This document shows positions 25,993 to 34,329 of a stretch of DNA of 34,828 nucleotides, in pieces. Each line of letters begins with the position of its first letter. The first letter of the stretch is position 1. The DNA is from Anaerolineales bacterium (GTDB lineage: Bacteria; Chloroflexota; Anaerolineae; Anaerolineales; E44-bin32), in NCBI GenBank assembly GCA_046537745.1, contig JBKHKF010000001.1:1-34828 (forward strand), in the 5' to 3' direction. The notes beneath the pieces were generated by a model. That model worked only from the letters and a program-made list of their open reading frames with translations, ran no database searches and was not told the origin of the DNA. Position numbers and translations under genes: made by a program.

Positions 25993-26075
25993 GATGACCT
26001 TTTCTCAAGCTTGGCAAACTAGAAGGGCATGCAATTGAAGAGGCGAGCTATCGCCCGCAGCGGGGGCCAGTCCGA

Positions 26076-26657
26076 TCAGCCCGACATGGCGGCATCGATC
26101 GCCGCCTGGATCTCCGCGAGCGAACTGTAGGGACCCTTCCTCACCGAATCAATACGGCCCGATGGATCAATGATATAGGTTTCCGGCACGCCGCGCATCC
26201 GGAATTTCTGAGAAATCCGGGTCCCCAGATCAGGGCCGCTCGGATATGAAATATCAAACTTGTTCATGTAAGCCATAGCTTCTGGCTCAGTATCCACATA
26301 ATTCACCCCCAGGAATACGACGCCCTGGTCTTGATACTGGCGGTAAGCCTGCTCAAGCTCCGCCGCCTCCTCCTCGCATGGAGCGCACCAGGAGGCCCAG
26401 AAATTCACCACGACTACCTGGCCGCGCAAAGCCTCCATTGAGATCTGCTCCCCTTCAAAGGTGGTAAGGGTGAAATCCGGCACTCGACTTCCCACACCGA
26501 CCGGTCCCTGTTGGGTTCTTATCAGGCCCAGGCCCAGCACCGCCAGCAGGATCACAACGGCCCCAAGCGCCAGGATTGCCCCCAAGGGCAACCCAAATAA
26601 TCGAAACCCCCTATTCGATGGCTCTTTATTCCTGTCTTCGACTATACCGTCATTCAT
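26076..26657 (-). CDS. ccmG: Thiol:disulfide oxidoreductase CcmG/ResA/TlpA family
   Basis: TM anchor LFGLPLGAILALGAVVILLAVLGLGL. Thioredoxin motif NFWASWCAPCEEE. GVPETYIIDPSG. Start at MNDGIVE (ATG 26657) overlaps the ccmH stop. Confidence 0.85.
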   Translation of the reverse strand: MNDGIVEDRNKEPSNRGFRLFGLPLGAILALGAVVILLAVLGLGLIRTQQGPVGVGSRVPDFTLTTFEGEQISMEALRGQVVVVNFWASWCAPCEEEAAELEQAYRQYQDQGVVFLGVNYVDTEPEAMAYMNKFDISYPSGPDLGTRISQKFRMRGVPETYIIDPSGRIDSVRKGPYSSLAEIQAAIDAAMSG

Positions 26658-27201
26658 CCTCAGCCTCGTCTTGAAGCGCCGGTTTATCTCCGGGTTCCAG
26701 GCCTTGTCGGGCCGCCAACTCTTGTTCCAGCTGGGCGATGTAGGGATCCTCCGTGGATTCGGGCACATCCTCCACTTCAAAGTCATCCCCGGATCGCTGC
26801 CAGCTGCGCACAGCTCGGAAGAGCACGCCGGCTCCCGCCAACAATGCCACCGGTGGCAGGATATAAACCAACCAGTTCAACCCACGGGCAGGCGGAGTCG
26901 CCAGCACACGGTCGCCGTACTGCTCAACGAAATAATTCTTGATTTCCTGCTCGGTCCAACCTTCCGCCAGCTTCTCCCGGATCAAGCTGCGCCACTGCAC
27001 ACAAGCCTCAGTCCCACACACATCCAGCGGGATATTCTCGCAGACCGGGCAATACAATTGCTCGGCGATATCGTTGACTTCGTTATCAGTAGGCCCACCA
27101 TCCTGAGCAGAAGCAGTTCCAAGCGGCACAGCCAGGATCAACAGCGCCATTGAAATCAACGCTAATTGAATGAGCCTCGCAGAGGTCCATTTTTTACTCA
27201 T
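26650..27201 (-). CDS. ccmH: Cytochrome c maturation protein CcmH/CycL/NrfF family
   Basis: Signal peptide, CPVC redox motif (LYCPVCENIPLDVC), FVEQYGDRVL, a TM helix WLVYILPPVALLAGAGVLF and an acidic C-terminal tail. Confidence 0.85.
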   Translation of the reverse strand: MSKKWTSARLIQLALISMALLILAVPLGTASAQDGGPTDNEVNDIAEQLYCPVCENIPLDVCGTEACVQWRSLIREKLAEGWTEQEIKNYFVEQYGDRVLATPPARGLNWLVYILPPVALLAGAGVLFRAVRSWQRSGDDFEVEDVPESTEDPYIAQLEQELAARQGLEPGDKPALQDEAEDE

Positions 27202-29255
27202 GCCTTAGCCCAGGCCTTTCTGTCCGCCTTTCGCCCCTGCATCACGCGCATAGGGTCAGGTTCCGGCCAAGCAGCCACCGCGGTCCCCAGGATGAAAATC
27301 AGACCACCAAACCACACCAGATTGACAAGCGGGTTCTGGTAGACCTTGAAGGTCGCACCTCCCTGTTCAATCGGCTGCCATCCGACCAGCAAAACGTAAA
27401 AATCGTCCTCGATCGAGGAACGGACGCCCGGAATGGTCATAGGCTGCTGGGTGCTGAAGTAAAAGTCCCGGCGAGGATAAAGTTCGCCTTGATATTCGCC
27501 ATCTTCGTACAAAGACACCACAGCTCTGGTGACCAGACGGTCATCCTCCGTGACAAACTCAGAAAGCGAATCGTAGGTCATAACGTATGAGCCAAGGGTA
27601 AGCTGCTCCCCCTGGCTAAGCGTCGCCTGCGTTTCGGATTGGAAGACCTCAATCCCGATGATCCCCATCGCCATGACGACTACGCCTAAATGAACGACAT
27701 AACCACCATAACGCTGTCGGTTCCTGGCCGCCAGGCGCCACAGCGCCTGGAGTACATTTTCCCCATGGCGGTGATGGCGAGCCAAGGCGCCCCGCCAAAA
27801 TTCATAAATGGTCACCAGGCTCGCAAGCGTGATCACCCAATAGCCCAGGATGGCGCCGGGCATGCGCATGCCGGCCAGCACCAAGGCAATTGGAGTCACC
27901 AGTGATAGCGCAGCCGGTTTCCAGAGTGATCGGCCCAGGTTTTTCCAGCTGGTGCGCCCATAGACGGACAGCGGCGCAACTCCCATGAGCAGCAGCAATC
28001 CAATCCAGAGCGGTGAGGTGGCGCGCTCGTAAAAAGGTGGACCTACGGTCACCTTCTGGCCCGCGATGAGTTCGGAGATAAGCGGAAACATTACGCCCCA
28101 GAAGCAAATGATCAGGATTCCAATGAAAAGCAGGTTGTTGAGCAGGAACAAGGCCTCCCGGGAGAACATAGAATGCAGTTCATTCTCACCGCCAAAGCCG
28201 TTCCACCGGCTGATCAAGAGAGCGGTCGAGGCCAGGAAGGTCACACTGATGAAGCCAAAGAACATCGGACCAATGGCCGACTGGGCAAAAGAATGCACGG
28301 AAGAGAGCACGCCGGATCGGGTCAGGAAGGTGCCGAAGATCACCAGCGCGTAGGTCAGGATCACCAGCACCATGTTCCAGCGCTTCAGCATCCCCCGCTT
28401 CTCCTGCACCATCACCGAGTGCAGCAGGGCCGTGCCTGTGAGCCACGGCATAAAGGCCGCAATCTCCACCGGATCCCAACCCCAATAGCCGCCCCATCCG
28501 AGCACGTCATAAGCCCAGCGGCCGCCAAGGATGAGCCCTAACGAAAGGAACAACCAGGCGACAAGCGTCCAGCGACGGGTCAATCGGATCCAGCGGTCAT
28601 CGGTGCGTCTGGTGATCAGCGCGGCGATGGCGAAGGCATAAGGGATCACGAAGGCGACGAAGCCGAGGTACAGCATCGGCGGGTGGATGATCATTCCTGG
28701 ATGGCGCAGCAGCGGGTTCAGCCCCTGTCCATCCGAAGGGATCAGCGGAGTCGCGCCAACCGGAGCGAACATGGCCGTGATCTGCTGGCCAGCCGCGCTG
28801 CGCCACAGGCGGGCAAAGGGATTTTCGAAAAAGACCACCAGGGAAAGGAAGAAGGCCAGCGTAACCATGGTCACCATGATCACCCAGGGCAGAAACTCCC
28901 GATCCCGATCCCAGCGGCGCAGGCTGGCGGCCGTGGCGAAACCGGCCATCAACCAGGACCAGAAGACCAACGACCCTTCCTGGCCGCCCCACAGGGCAGT
29001 AACCTTCAAATAGGTGGGCATCGCCTCGCTGGTGACGGAGGCGACATAGGAGATTTGATATTGGCCAGTGACCAGCAGAATAATAATGGCCAGACCGGAA
29101 AGGCTGAGCAGTGGAAAGGTGAGCACCATCGCCCGCCGGGCGCTCTCCACCAGCCAGGGCTTGTTCTGAACTCCCCCCAAGGCGGCGGCGGTTGCGCCAT
29201 ATATTGAGATGCCAAACGTGATGACTACCGTCAGAAAACCAATGTCAGCGATCAA
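27198..29255 (-). CDS. ccmF: Cytochrome c haem lyase subunit CcmF
   Basis: 685 aa with many TM helices. WWD motif GWGGYWGWDPVE and conserved His contexts. TTG start with AGGAG 8 nt upstream. Overlaps the ccmH start by 4 nt. Confidence 0.92.
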   Translation of the reverse strand: MIADIGFLTVVITFGISIYGATAAALGGVQNKPWLVESARRAMVLTFPLLSLSGLAIIILLVTGQYQISYVASVTSEAMPTYLKVTALWGGQEGSLVFWSWLMAGFATAASLRRWDRDREFLPWVIMVTMVTLAFFLSLVVFFENPFARLWRSAAGQQITAMFAPVGATPLIPSDGQGLNPLLRHPGMIIHPPMLYLGFVAFVIPYAFAIAALITRRTDDRWIRLTRRWTLVAWLFLSLGLILGGRWAYDVLGWGGYWGWDPVEIAAFMPWLTGTALLHSVMVQEKRGMLKRWNMVLVILTYALVIFGTFLTRSGVLSSVHSFAQSAIGPMFFGFISVTFLASTALLISRWNGFGGENELHSMFSREALFLLNNLLFIGILIICFWGVMFPLISELIAGQKVTVGPPFYERATSPLWIGLLLLMGVAPLSVYGRTSWKNLGRSLWKPAALSLVTPIALVLAGMRMPGAILGYWVITLASLVTIYEFWRGALARHHRHGENVLQALWRLAARNRQRYGGYVVHLGVVVMAMGIIGIEVFQSETQATLSQGEQLTLGSYVMTYDSLSEFVTEDDRLVTRAVVSLYEDGEYQGELYPRRDFYFSTQQPMTIPGVRSSIEDDFYVLLVGWQPIEQGGATFKVYQNPLVNLVWFGGLIFILGTAVAAWPEPDPMRVMQGRKADRKAWAKA

Positions 29256-29322
29256 GGCTATCGCTCCTGAGGCTAGGGATATCCATTCACCGTCGAGGTG
29301 AATTGAGGCGGCCGATTGTCAA

Positions 29323-29835
29323 TCAGCCGCTTTGAACTGGGACTTCCTCTTCATACCGGGTTGGGCATTTCAAGAGAAGCTCCTCTGCGTGAAAGACACC
29401 GTCCTGCATGCGGCCGGTGACAATCGCCTGGGCTTCGTGCTGAAGCAAATCCGGCATCGGCCCCTCATACAGAACCGGAATCCGGGATGCTTCGGGGTTG
29501 TTGACCGCCTGATGAAGCACTTCTGCCAGGCCGCCGGCCGCCTCGATCTCCGTCTGATCCGCCGGCACATTGACAATGGTAAAGTGAAGCGTCAGCGTCT
29601 CGGCTTCGTATTCAATGGAATCCCCAAGAACCGCACCGCTCACTCTGAGATCGCGATCGGCCACCTCCGCTTCCCTCTCCACCAGTTCATCAATCGTCAA
29701 ATAATATTGAGCAGATGCCTGTGTGGACGAGGCAATCAGATAAATCACTGCCGCCGCTATTAGAAGTCCGCCAATCAGGAATTTCCCACGCCCGGTGGAA
29801 CGGGCAGTTAACACTTCGAGCTTTTCCTTCTCCAT
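29323..29835 (-). CDS. ccmE: Haem chaperone CcmE, Cys-type variant (CxxxY in place of HxxxY)
   Basis: TM anchor FLIGGLLIAAAVIYLI and OB-fold-like core (LRVSGAV..., PVLYEGPMPDLLQHEAQAIVTG). The haem-attachment region reads AEELLLKCPTRYEEE, where canonical CcmE has LAKHDENY. Confidence 0.85.
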   Translation of the reverse strand: MEKEKLEVLTARSTGRGKFLIGGLLIAAAVIYLIASSTQASAQYYLTIDELVEREAEVADRDLRVSGAVLGDSIEYEAETLTLHFTIVNVPADQTEIEAAGGLAEVLHQAVNNPEASRIPVLYEGPMPDLLQHEAQAIVTGRMQDGVFHAEELLLKCPTRYEEEVPVQSG

Positions 29836-29967
29836 CCGGCCTCATACCTCCGTTACCATTGGTCCTTTTGGTCAAGATCAGACCGATTCTATCATCTTTC
29901 AAAATGCTCTGTCCGGGAAGAACGTCACTAAGAAATAAAACCATATTTCCTTATTTGCGCCATTCTT

Positions 29968-29997
29968 TTGCTATGTAATTGTTTTCTATCGTATACT
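29968..29997 (+). promoter_or_regulatory. Candidate promoter for the multihaem cytochrome operon
   Basis: TTGCTA (29968-29973), an 18-nt spacer, then TATACT (29992-29997), in the AT-richer divergent intergenic region. An imperfect inverted repeat GAATtGCG-N6-CGCATTC (30000-30020) follows immediately. Confidence 0.3.
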
Positions 29998-30060
29998 CGG
30001 AATTGCGAATTTGCGCATTCCCCAGTTCATAAAGTACGGTTTTATGGCAAACACTGGGAA

Positions 30061-31284
30061 ATGAATTCACCCACTCGGAAGATGAGCGGACGGTCCTGTC
30101 TGAAGAGAGGTAGTTTCTTGATTGGATTACAACCGACAAACAAAGGCTTTGATCCTTCGAAGGCCATCCTGCTTCTCGGCGCTTTGTTACTGACAGTCCT
30201 CTTCGTCTCGCCTCTGATCTGGAGTTCGGCTGAGGCCAGTGAAGGCCAGCAACCACCGGCCCAGGATGGTCCTGATAACGAAACTTGTTTCGCTTGCCAC
30301 GCCTCGCCGGATTTGCAGACCGAACTCTCTTCGGGAGAGATTCTGGACCTGACGGTTTTCCCAGGGGCATTTGACAACTCCGTACACGGCATGGCCGATC
30401 TGCAATGCATCCAGTGTCACACGGAGATTGAAGGTTATCCCCACCCGCCCATTCAGGCGGACACCCGCCGGGAATACACCATCAATCAATATCGAGTTTG
30501 TGCCGATTGTCATCAGGAAAAGTACGACGAAACTCTGGACAGCGTCCATTCACGAGCGCTGGCAGGTGGAAACTTCAATGCGGCTGTTTGCACCGACTGC
30601 CATGGGGCGCACGATGTGCGACCCCCGGGCGAACCGCGTTCGCAGATCGCGCAAACCTGCCGCCAGTGCCACACCACCATTTACGATCAATATCGGGACA
30701 GCGTGCATGGTGAGGCTCTGATCGGCCAGGGCAACCCGGATGTTCCGGTTTGCACGGATTGTCACGGGGTCCACAGCATCGAAGGACCATCGGCCGATCA
30801 CGAGTTCCGACTGTTCTCACCTCAGCTTTGCGCCGAGTGCCACGCCGATGAAGAGCTGATGGCTAAATACGACATTTCCACGAACGTGTTCGATACCTAC
30901 GTGGCGGATTTCCATGGCACCACCGTCACCCTGTTCCAGCAGATCGCCCCAGGCCAAGAGACCAACAAGGCGTTATGCATCGACTGCCATGGTGTGCACG
31001 ACATCATTGGCGTCGATGACCCGGACAGCCCGATCATCAAGGAAAATTTGCTCAATACCTGCCAGAAGTGCCACCCGGATGCCACCACCAACTTCCCTTC
31101 GGCCTGGCTGGGGCATTACGAGCCAAGCCCGCAGAACGCACCGATCGTTTACTACGTTGATCTTTTCTACAAGATTTTCATCCCGGCTGTGTTAGGAGGC
31201 ATGGCGATCTTCGTCATAGGCGATGCAGGCCACCGGATCCTCCAGCGCCGCTCCAAATCGGAGGAGGAAAAGTCCGATGAGTGA
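30061..31284 (+). CDS. Nine-haem c-type cytochrome with a signal/anchor sequence and a C-terminal TM helix
   Basis: Nine CXXCH motifs: CFACH, CIQCH, CADCH, CTDCH, CRQCH, CTDCH, CAECH, CIDCH, CQKCH. Hydrophobic N-terminal segment AILLLGALLLTVLFVSPLIWSSAEA. C-terminal helix IFIPAVLGGMAIFVIG. The start is uncertain: ATG 30061, ATG 30082, or TTG 30118 with an AGAGAGG RBS. Confidence 0.85.
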   Translation: MNSPTRKMSGRSCLKRGSFLIGLQPTNKGFDPSKAILLLGALLLTVLFVSPLIWSSAEASEGQQPPAQDGPDNETCFACHASPDLQTELSSGEILDLTVFPGAFDNSVHGMADLQCIQCHTEIEGYPHPPIQADTRREYTINQYRVCADCHQEKYDETLDSVHSRALAGGNFNAAVCTDCHGAHDVRPPGEPRSQIAQTCRQCHTTIYDQYRDSVHGEALIGQGNPDVPVCTDCHGVHSIEGPSADHEFRLFSPQLCAECHADEELMAKYDISTNVFDTYVADFHGTTVTLFQQIAPGQETNKALCIDCHGVHDIIGVDDPDSPIIKENLLNTCQKCHPDATTNFPSAWLGHYEPSPQNAPIVYYVDLFYKIFIPAVLGGMAIFVIGDAGHRILQRRSKSEEEKSDE

Positions 31285-32443
31285 CGAACGACGCTATCAA
31301 CGTTTCTCCGTCGCCCAGCGGATAGAACATTGGGTGGCCATGGGCAGCTTCACCATTCTTGCGCTGACGGGGTTGGTCCAGAAGTTCGCGGAAGCCCAGA
31401 TCTCTGTAACGATCATCGATCTGCTGGGCGGCATTGAAGCGACCCGAATTATTCACCGCGGGGCGGCCATCATCTTGATGCTTGAGGTGGTCTACCACCT
31501 GGGCTCGGTCGGCTACAAATTCCTGGTGCAGCGCTCATCACTGCCGATGCTGCCCAGCCTAGAAGATATCCAAAACGCCTGGCAAACGCTTAAATATTAC
31601 TTCGGCGGCGCAAAGAACAAACCGCAGCAAGGCCGTTTCACCTTTGAGGAGAAAGCGGAGTACTGGGCTTTTGTCTGGGGAACCATCATCATGGCCATCA
31701 CGGGCTTTATGCTGTGGAATCCCATCGCCACTACCCGGTTTCTCCCTGGAGAGTTCATACCCGCGGCCAAGGCTGCCCATGGGAATGAAGCGCTGTTGGC
31801 AGTGCTGGCCATTATCCTTTGGCACTTCTACCACGTACACATCCGAACCTTCAATCGGAGCATGTTCACCGGCAAGATGTCGGAGCATGAAATGCTGGAT
31901 GAACACCCCAAGGAACTGGCCGATATCAAGGCCGGTCGCGCGCGCCGGGATCTCGACGAATCCGCCGTCCAGCGACGCCGCATGATATTCCTGCCAGTGT
32001 ACGGGGTGATTGCGCTTGCACTGGTGTTTGGCATCTACCAGTTCGCCACCTTCGAGGAAACAGCCATCGAAACAGTGCCAACGCAAGAGGGCGAAGTGGC
32101 TGTGTACGTACCCTTCACTCCCACCCCGCCACCGACGGAAGGGCCCACGGAGGCGCCCACGGAGGGTGCAGTTCCCACTACATGGGAGCAAGGTATCGGG
32201 GATTTATTCCAACAGCGATGCGCGGGCTGCCATACCGGCGACAGCGCCTCGGGTGGATTGGATGTCACTACCTATCAAAGCACGCTGGAGGGTGGAACTT
32301 CAGGCCCAGGAGTCGTCCCGGGTGACCTGGACGCCAGCCTGGCCATTCAACGACAAATCTCCGGTGGTCATCCGGGCGAATTCACGGACCTGGAAATCGG
32401 ATGGGTTATTGACTGGGTTGAGGCTGGCGCGCCCGAAAACTAA
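31277..32443 (+). CDS. FdnI/HydC-type dihaem cytochrome b (4 TM) fused through a fifth TM helix and a Pro/Thr linker to a monohaem cytochrome c domain (PSCyt1-like)
   Basis: YQRFSVAQRIEHW, IIHRGAAIILMLEVVYHL, EKAEYWAFVWGTIIMAITGFMLW and AAHGNEALLAVLAIILWHFYHVH give the His-bearing helices. A fifth helix IFLPVYGVIALALVFGIYQF follows, then linker TPTPPPTEGPTEAPTEG, then QQRCAGCHTGDSASGGLDVTTY...GGTSGPGVVPGDLDASL...WVEAGAPE. The start overlaps the upstream stop (ATGAGTGA). Confidence 0.85.
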   Translation: MSDERRYQRFSVAQRIEHWVAMGSFTILALTGLVQKFAEAQISVTIIDLLGGIEATRIIHRGAAIILMLEVVYHLGSVGYKFLVQRSSLPMLPSLEDIQNAWQTLKYYFGGAKNKPQQGRFTFEEKAEYWAFVWGTIIMAITGFMLWNPIATTRFLPGEFIPAAKAAHGNEALLAVLAIILWHFYHVHIRTFNRSMFTGKMSEHEMLDEHPKELADIKAGRARRDLDESAVQRRRMIFLPVYGVIALALVFGIYQFATFEETAIETVPTQEGEVAVYVPFTPTPPPTEGPTEAPTEGAVPTTWEQGIGDLFQQRCAGCHTGDSASGGLDVTTYQSTLEGGTSGPGVVPGDLDASLAIQRQISGGHPGEFTDLEIGWVIDWVEAGAPEN

Positions 32444-32854
32444 GCCTCACGTCTCGCTTTGATGGAAAAGATCCCTAGTCATTCCATTAACAACGGCACC
32501 AGCCCCTGTCCACTGGTTGGCGTCCTGGTTAGTGATGTCACTCCTGGGGAATGATATCTGCCACTGGGCTAAAATCAGACCAACAAGGTATTAATAGAAG
32601 ACGATATATTGGAGTGATGCCATTGCACCCGCCGCCGGCTTGCTGCCGGCCACACATTACCAACCCTTCACTCCGGACAGACAAGGGTCAATCCAGCAGA
32701 ATGAGCCTAGACGCTGCAACCCTGATGCTGGCTTTGAAACGATTGGCTTCAATGTGCTTGTTATGATCCAATCTTCGGCAATCTCCCTATCTCAAACAGC
32801 TGTGTTTCCATTACCTCCGCTGGCACGTTGCGTTGATTCAAAGCTGAGCTGTAA

Positions 32855-34321
32855 ATGAGTGAAATCACGAAGGTCGCATCCTGGATTCGGTCCAACCTGC
32901 GTGTGAAATTTGCGCTCGGCCTGGGATTGCCGCTCTTCTTCATCCTGACATCCCTGGCGGTCGGCAATTACCTGCGCGAAAGGAGGTTGGCCGAACAGCA
33001 GCTGGAGGACTCGGCCCAGCGGATCGGCGACTTTACCTTGGCCAGCCTGCGGCATGGAATGCTGCAAAATGAACCGGAACTCCTTCAGGAAGTGATGGAG
33101 GACCTGGTTGACTTACAAGATATCGAGCGCGTCAAGTTGGTGGACATGGGTGGCGAGACAGCCCTGGCAACCCAAAGCCAGCCGGACCTGGAGCCTGCCA
33201 GCGACATCGACTACACATGTACGCTTTGCCACCAGCATCCAGCAGCCGCCCGCCCGCGCTCGATGCGAATTGGGGAAAGTGATGGATTGATCCGCATCGC
33301 CTCCCCCATCCCAAACGACCCGGATTGCCATATCTGCCATGGACCTGAACCCTCCCATCTGGGCATGCTGCTGATCGATGTATCCTTCGCCGATCTGGAC
33401 GCGCGATTACACCAGGACCTGGGCAGCAATCTGGCGCTCTCCGGTGGAGGCGCTCTGCTGGCCATAACAGTAGCCTACCTCCTGAGCCATTTACTGGTGG
33501 TCCGGCGGGTGGAATCTTTCAGCGAACCGGTGGCCAAAATCACAAGCGGCGACCTGACAGCCCATGTCCCAGGCGAGGATCAATCCACCGACGAGCTCGG
33601 CGCGCTCGCCCGGGCATTCAACCAGATGGCCGATCATCTCAATCGCGAGAAAAGGGCTGCCGACGCCCGGAGTCAGGTTCGACAGCGGGCTATCATCGAG
33701 GAGCGCAACCGACTTGCCCGGGAGCTGCACGACGGCCTGTCCCAACTGCTGGGCTATTTAAACGCCAAGGCGATTGCAGCGCGCCTGAAAGTCCAATCCG
33801 GAGATGGGGAGGGGGCGGCCGATCTGCTGCGGCAGCTGGAGGCAGCCTCTAAGGAACTCTTTACCGATGTTCGCGCCGCTATACTGGCACTCAAATCAAG
33901 TGGAGGCGCCGGCTTGGTCTTTCCGGAAAATCTGCGGACCTACATTCAGCGCTTCGAGGAATTGAGCGGGCTTGAAGTGGATGTCGAATTCTCACTTCAG
34001 CCCCTGGCCCACCAGGTATCGGCCGAGACGGAATTACAACTCCTGCGAATCACGCAAGAAGCTCTGGCGAACATTTACAAGCACGCGGAAGTGGACCACG
34101 CCGTGGTATCGCTTACGGTGGTTGATCATACGCTGGTGCTTCTTATACAAGATGAAGGCATTGGTTTTGAACCCGGAGCATCCGGGACCAAAGGAGCCGA
34201 TGGGTATGGAATGTCCACCATGGGAGAAAGGGCTTCCGCCATCGGCGCTGATCTAAAGATAGAATCATCCCCAGGCGGCGGCACTCGAATCTTGGTCCGC
34301 ACACCGTTGGAGGAGAGGTAA
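32855..34321 (+). CDS. Sensor histidine kinase (HisKA_3/NarX-like) with two CXXCH motifs in the extracytoplasmic sensor loop
   Basis: TM1 FALGLGLPLFFILTSLAVGNYL. The loop contains CTLCH and CHICH. TM2 ALSGGGALLAITVAYLLSHLLVV. HAMP segment ...ELGALARAFNQMADHL. H-box ERNRLARELHDGLSQ. HATPase segments ITQEALANIYKHA, DEGIGF, GYGMSTMGERA. Confidence 0.88.
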   Translation: MSEITKVASWIRSNLRVKFALGLGLPLFFILTSLAVGNYLRERRLAEQQLEDSAQRIGDFTLASLRHGMLQNEPELLQEVMEDLVDLQDIERVKLVDMGGETALATQSQPDLEPASDIDYTCTLCHQHPAAARPRSMRIGESDGLIRIASPIPNDPDCHICHGPEPSHLGMLLIDVSFADLDARLHQDLGSNLALSGGGALLAITVAYLLSHLLVVRRVESFSEPVAKITSGDLTAHVPGEDQSTDELGALARAFNQMADHLNREKRAADARSQVRQRAIIEERNRLARELHDGLSQLLGYLNAKAIAARLKVQSGDGEGAADLLRQLEAASKELFTDVRAAILALKSSGGAGLVFPENLRTYIQRFEELSGLEVDVEFSLQPLAHQVSAETELQLLRITQEALANIYKHAEVDHAVVSLTVVDHTLVLLIQDEGIGFEPGASGTKGADGYGMSTMGERASAIGADLKIESSPGGGTRILVRTPLEER

Positions 34322-34329
34322 TCTTCGTG

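Noticed and set aside
26658-26786. 43-codon N-terminal extension of ccmG
   Set aside because: It lies wholly within the ccmH coding sequence in another frame. ATG 26657 gives a normal short cytoplasmic N-terminus followed by the TM anchor, and overlaps the ccmH stop as in the other coupled junctions.
29968-30060. Upstream extension of the multihaem ORF from TTG 29968
   Set aside because: This part is AT-rich and Cys/Phe/Asn-rich (MLCNCFLSYTRNCEF...) and precedes the real signal sequence. It coincides with the promoter-like elements.
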